Part shown: positions 1-9,411 of the stretch, one piece after another | Layout of the letters: every line of letters begins with the position of its first letter | Position numbering within the stretch: the first letter of the stretch is position 1 | Origin: Eledone cirrhosa | Lineage: Eukaryota | DNA: 64,000 nucleotides | NCBI GenBank assembly: GCA_964016885.1 | Contig: OZ024743.1 | Span: forward strand, 181,226,001 to 181,290,000 | Reading direction: 5' to 3' | Notes under the pieces: generated by a model | Told to the model about the DNA's origin: nothing | The model's database searches: none | The model's input: only the letters and a program-made list of their open reading frames with translations | Position numbers and translations under genes: made by a program

Positions 1-403
1 CCTCTTCACCTTCATTTCCCACTGGCTCGCTTGTCTGGCATACTACACCCGCCATCTCCAAGCCATTCTCTCTGCTCAGTTCCTCCAGTTCCAGCTCGCT
101 TATCCACCCATTAGTTCTTATTACCCGAGCCTGCCCGGCCAATTTTTGTTCATCTAATTTAAATAAACCAATCTCGTTCCAGATGTTATGCATCCGTCTC
201 CTGTAGCCCCTCTCCTTGGGGTTACTTTTCAGGTAGCATTGCATAACAGTTCTATTCAATTCTTTCGTCCAGTTGGTTCTGGCCCCTTTCCTTCTTCTTC
301 TTCCTCCAACATCAGCAGTATTTGGTTGACAGTCAGGTTCCTGCTGCTGAGCCAGGGGGCACCTGTTGGGTGAGAGTCTGTCACATGACGTTCTAGTCTC
401 CAT
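1..403 (-). CDS. N-terminal part of an R4/Dong-clade RLE retrotransposon ORF, running off the window start (absent from the ORF track)
   Basis: Manual translation from the ATG at 403 is open to position 1: METRTSCDRL...RTNWTKELNRTVMQCYLKSNPKERGYRRRMHNIWNEIGLFKLDEQKLAGQARVIRTNGWISELELEEL. This resembles the N-terminal Myb-like block of the 2264-5914 ORF (KWSREDNKEV...NKLANIRRNIVKKKLLTDIEIDQI). Confidence 0.75.
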   Translation of the reverse strand, partial: METRTSCDRLSPNRCPLAQQQEPDCQPNTADVGGRRRRKGARTNWTKELNRTVMQCYLKSNPKERGYRRRMHNIWNEIGLFKLDEQKLAGQARVIRTNGWISELELEELSRENGLEMAGVVCQTSEPVGNEGEE

Positions 404-1099
404 TTCACCGTTATTCGAACTGTTTATGTTCGATATTTAAACACTCTTATCGAGGATTGGCGAATGTATGGTTACATAGCCATCTGTGGATCCGCCATCC
501 CACTTGGCCCTTGTGTGGCATTATCACCACGCTGTATACGAACACACATAAACAAACAAACAGACAGGCAGAAAGGGCCCCAAAAATGAATAAGCATAAG
601 TTTCATTGTAATGTAGTGTTCGAATGTCTGACTTAGTTTTTGTTTTTTAAGTTTTAGTTTTTCCCCCCTCTTCTCTGTCCGTCCGCCTGCTTCTCTCTTC
701 ATTCTTATTTTCTTTACGTTTTTGGGGTTTCTTTTTTTGTTTTTGTTTTTCTGTGTTTGTTTTTCTCGTTTTTGCTGTTGTTGCTGTGCTGCTTTGGTTT
801 TGTTGTTTGTTTTTTCTTTTTTTCTTTTGAGTCTATCTATATATTTTGATGCCTTCCTCTTTGTTAGTAGTAGGAATTCTATAATGTGGAAGTAGCAGCC
901 AGCAGGGAGAAGTGGGAGACTGGCGGCGGTAGTGATACTGAGACAGTGGTGGTGGTGATGTCGATACCGAGGCAGTGGTGGCGGTGATGTGACCGTATTA
1001 CTGTAGTGATGGTGCTGTAGCGGTGACAGCAGTGAAGGAGTGAAGGGGTGGTGGCGGCGGTGATGGGATAGTGGTGGTAATGATGGCCGTAGTGAGCGG

Positions 1100-1489
1100 T
1101 GGTGGTGAAGGTGAAAATGAAAATGCCGTTATCTGGCTGTTGTGTTTAGTGTACAGAGATGATGGGGTGGGTGGTGTATCTAGTTTCTGGTGTTGGTGAG
1201 TTTGGCTGTCCTATATAGTGTAGACAGAGGAGAGGAGGGGGGGTCTTCTTCCATTTATAGCCATTTTCTTTTTTGGATATACAGTGTACAATAGAAAGTT
1301 GGATATTTGAATATTTGAGCCTTATAACAATATATTTTGGGTCCGAATTTTTTGGGGCTCAAGCCGGGTGCTTTACGTAGCATTTGTACTAAGAGTTGTT
1401 ATTTCACAAATGATTTAAATATGTTAAAAATTCAAAACTTACGGGAGCGATTTCATGACCTCCGTCACCTCGTATTATTATTATTATTA

Positions 1490-1520
<31 letters not shown>
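1100..1520. repeat. Copy 1 of a ~0.4-kb diverged duplicated segment ending in (ATT)n
   Basis: The blocks gccgttatctggctgtt, ctatatagtgtagacagag and aaaacttacgggagcgatttcatgacc recur in the same order at ~6700-7168. Confidence 0.8.
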
Positions 1521-1521
<1 letters not shown>

Positions 1522-1522
1522 G

Positions 1523-1648
1523 GTCCCTTTACGGTCTGAGTTCAAATCCCGCCGAGGTTTACTTTGCCTTTCATCCTTACGGGGTCGATAAAATAAAGTA
1601 CCAGTAATGCACTGGGTAATTGCTGGCCTTGTGCCTAAAGTAGAAACA

Positions 1649-1690
<42 letters not shown>
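1523..1690 (+). mobile_element. 5'-truncated tRNA-derived Nin/Deu-domain SINE with an expanded (ATT)n tail
   Basis: B-box GAGTTCAAATCC, central domain TTTGCCTTTCATCCTTACGGGGTCGATAAAATAAAGTACCAG, tail GGCCTTGTGCCTAAAGTAGAAACAATTATT; about 12 copies in the window. Confidence 0.8.
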
Positions 1691-2099
1691 GTTCTTTGAG
1701 TCTCAGTCATTGATGTTAGTTAACTGGAAAGTTTGTTGAAATGAATATCAACCCACTACCTGCAGCCTCAGATATTCAGGACGTATCGGAGGGTTGTTGC
1801 TGTTCCCAGCAAGCATGCCTTTTGAAGCGTTCCAAAAATCATGGCGGAGGCAATTTTCTTTAACCATCTCTGGAAACTTTTTGAGATAGTCCCTAGTGCG
1901 CCTATGACAATCGGGACCACTTTGACTTCATGGCAGTTCCAAATCGTTTTTACCTCCCACTTTAAGTCCTGGTATCGGTTAACTTTCTCCCTCTCCTTCT
2001 CTTGCACTCTCGTGTCGAATGGGCAGGCCACATCCACAATCTGGCACGATCTTTTTTCTTTGTCCAAAACCACCAGGTCAGGTCTATTGTGTTCCAGTT
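1691..2099 (-). mobile_element. 5'-truncated R4/Dong-type element: restriction-like endonuclease C-terminus plus 3' UTR
   Basis: HNRPDLVVLDK...IVDVACP...EKVNRYQDL...VPIVIGALG...QKACLLGTA is a PD-(D/E)xK RLE tail. The element is bounded by (TAA)n on both sides. Confidence 0.85.
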
Positions 2100-2119
2100 T
2101 ATTATTATTATTATTATTA

Positions 2120-5100
2120 CAGTTGCATTTATCTTGCTTTATGTTCATATGAGTTATCACCAAGTCACAACCAGTGACCTCAAGAGGCAACAAGGTCCGC
2201 CATGTTCAAGGAAGAACATACATACTCACACATGCATCTTTAGTGTTTAGACTTGTGATGTACTTATATTGACAGAATCTTCCTTAGTATATGGGCAGTT
2301 CCCATTAGTACTATCTTTTGTATTTCTCCTATACGCGGGTTTCCTGGGATCTGCGATAAGTAATCATTAGACCCCTTAGGTATCATTCCCAGAGCGCCTA
2401 CAACCACTGGTATTGTTTTAGTTCTCAATTTACACATTTTTCCAATTTCTATCTCCAGGTCCTTATACTTGCTCAATTTTTCAAATGTTTTTATAGATAC
2501 ATTCTTGTCTATTGGAACAGACATATCAATTAGCAGGCATACCCTCTTTTTAAAGTCCTTCAATATTATATCAGGTCTATTTGCATCTATTTTTCGGTCT
2601 GTTTGGATGCTAAAGTTCCACAAGATTGAGATGTGATCTTTTTCAAGTATGGGAGGTGGTTGATGCTCCCACCAATTCTTTTGATGGGGCAGGTCAAAAT
2701 GCTTACACATTATCCAATGTAGGTATTGTGCAGCTCTGTCATGCCTGTTTAGGTATTCGGTTGGAGCTATAGGACTGCACATTGAAATTATATGGTCAAT
2801 GGTCTCTGGTTGTTTTTTGCATACACGGCATAATGGGCTGCATCCATTTTTTATTATGTTGGCTTGGTAATTTTTTGTTGGCAGACACTGATCTTGTGCT
2901 GATATAATCACTCCTTCAGTCTCCAATTTCAGTCTAGAGGATGCCAACCACTGATGGGTTAAAGTTTTGTCAACATCAGGATTGTTAGCTCGCTCTGGGT
3001 ATTTTCCATACAGAGGCTTTTCTTGCCATTTCTTAGCCAGTTTCTGTAGCAGTTCTTTCTTTGCAGTTACTTTTACCTGCTTTGCTTTTTCTGTGTTTTC
3101 CATTTCAGCAGTAAATGGGACTTCAGAAATTTGTAGTCCATTACTGTATCTTTGTGCATCTTTTGTAATGGAATATGATCTTTTGATGCTTTCGTGTTTC
3201 AAAACGAGTTTGATCATCCAATCATGTGATTCCCTTAGATATGTAGATAATCCAATTGTTGCAGTTTTCAACGCAATGTCTAACTGGATTAACCCACGTC
3301 CTCCTTCTTTCCTAGGGAGATATATTCTATCTATATCTGCCTTAGGGTGATGCATTCTGTGCATGGTTAAGAATTTTCGAATTTTTGTATCGAGCCTACG
3401 GATCTCTGTGCTTGACCAGTTGATGACATTGTAACTGTAGGTTACTACTGGTATGGCAAGCGTGTTTATGGCATCGATCCTATTCCTTGCATTCAATTCC
3501 GTTCTTAAGATTGCTCTTACTCTGCGGTAACATTCCTTCCTTATCCTTTCCCTCATTGTCGAGTGCTTGATTCCGTCTCCTTCACAAACACCTAGATATT
3601 TGTAAGTTTTTTCTTGATCAAGTTCTCTTATCACGTTCCCCCGATCAAGATTAATGTCTGAACTCTTCAGCAGCTTTCCTCTGGTGAACGTTGCTTTGGC
3701 GCATTTATCTAGTCCAAACTCCATTTTAATGTCATCACTGAACTGCTCCACAGTGGATAATAGCCCTTGCAATTGTTCATCATTTTTTGCAAATAGTTTC
3801 AGGTCATCCATGTAGAACAGGTGATTAATGGTTTTGTCATAGACTTTATATCCATGTTTTGTTTCATTGAGCATTTTACTTAATGGTATAAGTGCGATGC
3901 AGAATAAAAGCGGTGATAAAGAGTCACCCTGAAAAATTCCACAATTAATATTAACTTCTCCAGCTTTCAGTGATTTTGTTTCACTATTCAAAAGGAGTGT
4001 CGTTTTCCATGTCTTCATACTGAATGACAAAAACCTCCTGACAACGGGGGATATTTTGAAAATCTCTAAACATTTTTCAATCCAACTGTGTGGCAAACTA
4101 TCGAATGCTTTTTTATAATCTATCCAAGCAATCGATAGATTTTTGTGTCTATTATGACAATCTTCCAGTATCATTTTGTTAACCAGAAGCTGATCCTTAC
4201 AGCCATATGAGCCTCGTTTACACCCTTTCTGCTCAATGGGAAATAGGTCATTTGTTATCAGGTGGTCATATGTGTATTCAGTTAGGACTGATGTTAAAAT
4301 TTTATACATTGTGGTCAAGCAAGTTATCGGTCTGTAATTTTTGGGATTGTTTGTCTCATCATTCTTCGGAAGCAGGAATGTAATGCCGTTAACTAGCCAT
4401 GATGGTATCTTTTCTGGCTCCTTAACTATTTCATTGTAAAGTTGGGCTAACAGCTCATGAGACTCTGTGAAGGCATTTATCCAAAAGTTTTGTATTTTGT
4501 CTTTTCCTGGGGATTTCCATTTGCTGGTTTTTCTTAGAGCCAAGCGCAACTGATCAACTGTTATATTTTCCCATATTTGTTCCTCAAGGTGAGCTGTATC
4601 TTTCATTTGTCTGTCTATCCATGGGGCATGTATGTTATGAACTTTTTCTTCGGCCCAGATCTTTTCCCAGAATTCTTGCACTTCCTCCTTGGGTGGTATT
4701 GATTTAGCAGTTATTGTTGACTTACCAATTTTTCTGTAGAAGTTTCTTTGGTTGTTTATGAACATATTATTGTCCTTATAGAATCTAGATCGTTTTTCAA
4801 AGCGCCTTGTACGAGCAGCTTTGGCCGACACTTTTTGCTTGATTATTTCTATCAGCATATCTATGTCACGTGTTGATTTTATACTGTACTTTTTTTTCAA
4901 TTTTCTAAGTTTAGTTTGTTTAACATATTCACCTACTTTATAGTTTGTTAAAATTTCTATGTCAGATCGGAGAAGGTTTATTTGGCGATTGATGTTCTCT
5001 TGCCAAGTAGATTTCTTGTGGGAATTCCTTTGTTTTTTCATCTTCACTCCACATAAGTGAGTGGTGACTTTAGCCGATGCATAATAGAGATGATTTAAAT

Positions 5101-6100
5101 CAGTAATGTTTAGATTGTTTGTGATGATAATGTTTTTGAGAATTATGTTAGTCTTGTGTATTATCTTTTGGTTCTGTTTGGAGTTCTGGATCTTAGGGAG
5201 GGTGTCTCGTTGCCCCATGTCAGATTCTTTCATTTTCATCCATTCGATCATAATTTCATCCTTCAAGTTGGCAAGTTCATTCTCATTAATTTCTTTATCA
5301 TTTACGATCTCATTATTTTCATTTGGAGTTTCATCCTGAGCATGCACTCCCTCCACTTTTTCGATCCTTTCTTTAATTTGTTCTGTTGCCAGTGATTCCG
5401 CCCCAACCCTGGGGTTCGAAGTGTTACAGTTTACCTCGTTTTCACTGACACATGTTTCATTTTCCCTTCGCTGACTTTGTGCTAATAGCTTGATCTGATC
5501 AATTTCTATATCAGTTAGTAACTTTTTTTTTACAATATTTCTTCGTATATTGGCTAGTTTGTTACTGTCAATATAGCCTCTGTTTTCGGGATGTTTCTTT
5601 TTCCAGTTGATATATGTCTGTTCTGTATTCGATGTATTTGATGGGTAGTACATGGCAGTGTAGAAAGCCTCAAGGACTTCTTTATTATCTTCCCTTGACC
5701 ATTTTTCTCTCTTTTTCTTTTGATTTCTTGGTGGTGAGCATGGAGGGCCAACAGTAGGAGTATTCCGGTTATGGGAGGTCTCCAGCTCCGAAGTGATTGG
5801 AAGGTTTGAACCATTAGCTGATTTTTCGACCCCAGTCTGGTTCCTATCTGAGGGACGCGGCCCTTTTTTGCCCGGGTGACGGCCGATCCGGTATGAGATT
5901 TTATCATTAGACATTTACTTTATTTTGTCGCGTTTTATCCTTATCCGCCAAGGGGTAATCATTTCGTGTTACCACTTCTAGAACGAGTGTCAACCAAGAC
6001 TAGAGGGGTCGTTCTCCCCTAGAGACACGGCTATTCCCCGCCGGCCGCCATCCCGGTATTTCTTGGTCACGGGGTTTTCTTTTTGTTGTTGTTTTTTAAA
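2120..6100 (-). mobile_element. Apparently full-length R4/Dong-clade non-LTR retrotransposon
   Basis: Single long ORF, 144-nt 3' UTR ending directly in (TAA)n at 2119, and a GC-rich structured 5' UTR at ~5915-6075. The 5' boundary is approximate. Confidence 0.85.
2264..5914 (-). CDS. R4/Dong polyprotein: Myb-like N-terminus, reverse transcriptase, CCHC knuckle, RLE endonuclease
   Basis: Uninterrupted 1216 aa. RT motifs KSPGKD, NYRPITCL, WIDYKKAFDS, GIFQGDSLSP, YMDD; knuckle CRVC...ETIDHIISMC; RHD; RLE motifs NRPDII...LIDMSVP...EKLSKY. Confidence 0.95.
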   Translation of the reverse strand: MSNDKISYRIGRHPGKKGPRPSDRNQTGVEKSANGSNLPITSELETSHNRNTPTVGPPCSPPRNQKKKREKWSREDNKEVLEAFYTAMYYPSNTSNTEQTYINWKKKHPENRGYIDSNKLANIRRNIVKKKLLTDIEIDQIKLLAQSQRRENETCVSENEVNCNTSNPRVGAESLATEQIKERIEKVEGVHAQDETPNENNEIVNDKEINENELANLKDEIMIEWMKMKESDMGQRDTLPKIQNSKQNQKIIHKTNIILKNIIITNNLNITDLNHLYYASAKVTTHLCGVKMKKQRNSHKKSTWQENINRQINLLRSDIEILTNYKVGEYVKQTKLRKLKKKYSIKSTRDIDMLIEIIKQKVSAKAARTRRFEKRSRFYKDNNMFINNQRNFYRKIGKSTITAKSIPPKEEVQEFWEKIWAEEKVHNIHAPWIDRQMKDTAHLEEQIWENITVDQLRLALRKTSKWKSPGKDKIQNFWINAFTESHELLAQLYNEIVKEPEKIPSWLVNGITFLLPKNDETNNPKNYRPITCLTTMYKILTSVLTEYTYDHLITNDLFPIEQKGCKRGSYGCKDQLLVNKMILEDCHNRHKNLSIAWIDYKKAFDSLPHSWIEKCLEIFKISPVVRRFLSFSMKTWKTTLLLNSETKSLKAGEVNINCGIFQGDSLSPLLFCIALIPLSKMLNETKHGYKVYDKTINHLFYMDDLKLFAKNDEQLQGLLSTVEQFSDDIKMEFGLDKCAKATFTRGKLLKSSDINLDRGNVIRELDQEKTYKYLGVCEGDGIKHSTMRERIRKECYRRVRAILRTELNARNRIDAINTLAIPVVTYSYNVINWSSTEIRRLDTKIRKFLTMHRMHHPKADIDRIYLPRKEGGRGLIQLDIALKTATIGLSTYLRESHDWMIKLVLKHESIKRSYSITKDAQRYSNGLQISEVPFTAEMENTEKAKQVKVTAKKELLQKLAKKWQEKPLYGKYPERANNPDVDKTLTHQWLASSRLKLETEGVIISAQDQCLPTKNYQANIIKNGCSPLCRVCKKQPETIDHIISMCSPIAPTEYLNRHDRAAQYLHWIMCKHFDLPHQKNWWEHQPPPILEKDHISILWNFSIQTDRKIDANRPDIILKDFKKRVCLLIDMSVPIDKNVSIKTFEKLSKYKDLEIEIGKMCKLRTKTIPVVVGALGMIPKGSNDYLSQIPGNPRIGEIQKIVLMGTAHILRKILSI

Positions 6101-6149
6101 TTGTTATTATCATGAGTGGTTCCTTAATGTGAGCATTGCGTGGCTTAAG

Positions 6150-6212
6150 AATGAAATTATTAATAATTGTCTCCACTCCAGGCACAAGGCCAGCAATCAC
6201 CCAGTGCATTAC
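6150..6212 (-). mobile_element. SINE 3' tail fragment
   Basis: The reverse complement reads aatgcactgggtgattgctggccttgtgcctggagtggagacaattatt, matching the SINE tail. Confidence 0.6.
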
Positions 6213-6699
6213 AATAATATAATATACTTTTTGCTGTAGTTGCCTGTTATTGTTGTTGGCTATGTCGGTGGTGGTGCCGGGGCTTTTTATATTGTTGGTG
6301 AGGAAGGGGTGAGCCAGCAGTCCCATAGTTGTTGATGTTGACGTTTGGCCGGTGGCCAGGTCACTAAGTCAATCTATTTATATCTTTTGCTAGCCTCTCC
6401 CTTGTCTAGTGATACCGCCACCTTCCCCTTTCTCTCTCAAGTTAGCAGGGAATAGTGGTGGTAGCAATGAAGGAGTGGTGGCGGCGGCGATGGGATAGTG
6501 GTAGCAAGATGATGGATGGGGTGGTGGCGGCGGTGGCGTTGTGGTTACTGGGTTTTGTGATATGTAGTATTTATGAGTTTGTGTTCGTATGTTTAATATA
6601 TATTGTGTTGACATATTCCCGTAAAATTGGAATTAAACATTTTGTTAAAATTTGAGACAATAATAATAGTAATTATTATTATCATGCCGGGATTGATGG

Positions 6700-7168
<469 letters not shown>

Positions 7169-7456
7169 GGCGACCTACGTAGGAAATCGTATTATCGTGA
7201 GCTCCGCAAAGGTTTGTTATTTCCGTTTGTTTAAAAATTGCCATTTATGGAAAATTTTATTGTAAACTGTTTATAAGCACACATACATTGTTTTCCGAAA
7301 AGGACACCCAAAAAGATTGGGGCCTTGTGCCCAAAATTTTAACTTTTATTATTATCCAAAAATTTCTTTGAAAAAAAATGGCTAATTCCCCTCTGCACGA
7401 AGCAGCTGAAAGCCTTCCTCACAAAATAACACCTCACACCGACACCACCATTGTAA

Positions 7457-9377
7457 ATGTTACTACGTTTGCCAACACAAAAAAATATAAGCAGTAGCAA
7501 TATTTTAAATTTGTCTCAGGCAGACATTCATTTCCCGCCATTACCAATGATTGCAGGTGTTAAACCCTCCACCACCACCACCACCGCGACAACCACCACC
7601 ACCACCACCACCACCGCGACAACAGAAACAAAAGAAGAAAAAAATAAATTAACTCGTGACGTCGAAATGAAATCAAGCAAAATGGACTCTTCCCCACCAA
7701 AGACGACTGACGTCACAACCACCACAACTGAAAATAAAATTAATATTAACGATAGCAACAACAACAACAATGACATTATAAAACCGACCCTCAGTTTCGC
7801 CATCGTAGCAAAACAATTCGAAGCGTTCACGGTAACCCAAGAAGATTTAGAAAATGCCAAACAAATGGTAAAGAAAGATGGGTACAGGGTCAGCCTCACC
7901 CCCCCCCCCCCCCCCCCCACCTAATAAAATGGAGCATCGGCGCCTGTGCACCGTGTCGTATAGAACAATAAATGTAAAATCGCGCCGAGTGGAACGGGCA
8001 TCCGAGTCCCAAATCCAAAAAGCTTTGGGACATGTGTGGGCAAGAAAAACCCACATCAGACGTGGGCAAAAGTATGGAACCGTGGATGTGTTCTTTGAAA
8101 CACCAGAGGAGGCTAGAGAACACTCCATGGCCCCATTAAAAAGTGACGACCTCACACTCGTCCCAAGCTATTGTGGCCAGAGACTCGTAAAGATCAGGGT
8201 CACCCACGTTCCACCGGCCATCGAAATTCCCTGGCTAATAGCGGCTGTCCTCACCGGCATCGAAGCCAACACGAAAATAATAGCAGTAGCAAAAGAAAAG
8301 CAGGAAAACTGGTCCGGATCTGGGATGGAGCTCCTGATCCAAGCGGACCAAAAAAGCATTGAGGAGATCCCAGAGGTAATAGACCTCACTGACGGCAGAC
8401 ACCTCACGGTAATTGTCGAGGGCAGAAGACCTAGGTGTGTCGTTTGTGGTGAAGGAACCGACCTAAGGGCTTTCTGCCCTCAGGCTAAAAGGTTGAGGCC
8501 ACCTCTCCTACCCACCCCAGTGACAAAACCATCAACACCACCAGTAGCAGAGATGGCAGCAACAACTGTAGCAGCAACAACAGAAGCAACTATAACAGCA
8601 ACAACCCCAGCAACAGTAGCAAAACCAACACCACTACCACCACCAGCAAAACCAACACCACCACCACCCAACGCTTCAGAACTAGCACCAGCGCCTACAC
8701 CATCCACCACACCACAACCAAAACTAACGGCTGTGGAGGATTTTCCACTCCCCGGCCTATCACAACTGGAGACAGATTGTGACGACGAGGAGTGGGAAAC
8801 GATATCCGGAAAAAAAAAAAGAAACCAAAAAAGAAAAAATTCTCTTCCTTCCCTCTCCAAAAACAAAATACAGAGGGAAACAAATACACTAAGAAACAAA
8901 AAAGTTAGGACAGATATGCCACCATCCACACCAGCATCACCAACCCCATCAACCCAAACACCAACACCATCACCATCATCATCCCCAGCACCACCATCAC
9001 CTACACCACAAAAGTCACCAAAATGCGAAACAGAAACAAACCCACAACAAACGCAAACAAAACAAAACAACCAAAACGATACACACTACACAGCATTAAA
9101 TTTGAACAACAAGCAATTATTACACTACATCCAACACAACACCAGCATCACAGAAAAAGACTACACAACAACCCCAAAATTCACACCACCTCCACACATA
9201 CAAATCACTCGCATCACACAGAAAACGTACATGACACTAAAACAAAAATTCCCCAAAGACATCGGAGACTTCCGACAAGCACTCTCCAGGAGGATTTATA
9301 AGGACATCCTTCCTGAGGAGGCCACAAGCAGTGAAAAGGATGGAAAAGCCGTCCTTCCCCTACGAGAAGTAAGGTAA
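7457..9377 (+). CDS. Tx1 ORF1 (gag-like), split by a frameshift in a C homopolymer at ~7898-7919
   Basis: ORFs 7457-7924 and 7878-9377 overlap at the C-run. They contain an SFAIVAK motif, an RRM-like region, VEGRRPRCVVCGEGTDLRAFC (degenerate zinc knuckle) and a Pro/Thr-rich tail, and are similar to ORF1 of the 32-38 kb element. Confidence 0.75.
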
Positions 9378-9411
9378 GTGGTCTTTCCCATCTTTTCCAC
9401 TCCTTTTCAAC

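Noticed and set aside
1768-2193. 141-aa ORF as a stand-alone nuclease gene
   Set aside because: It is a chimera: its start comes from the neighbouring Dong 3' UTR and the (TAA)n tract, fused to a truncated RLE.
5960-6075. HDV-like ribozyme in the Dong 5' UTR
   Set aside because: A P1/P3-like arrangement exists, but the P1.1 GG, the catalytic C context and P2 could not be placed. It is kept only as an unexplained structure.
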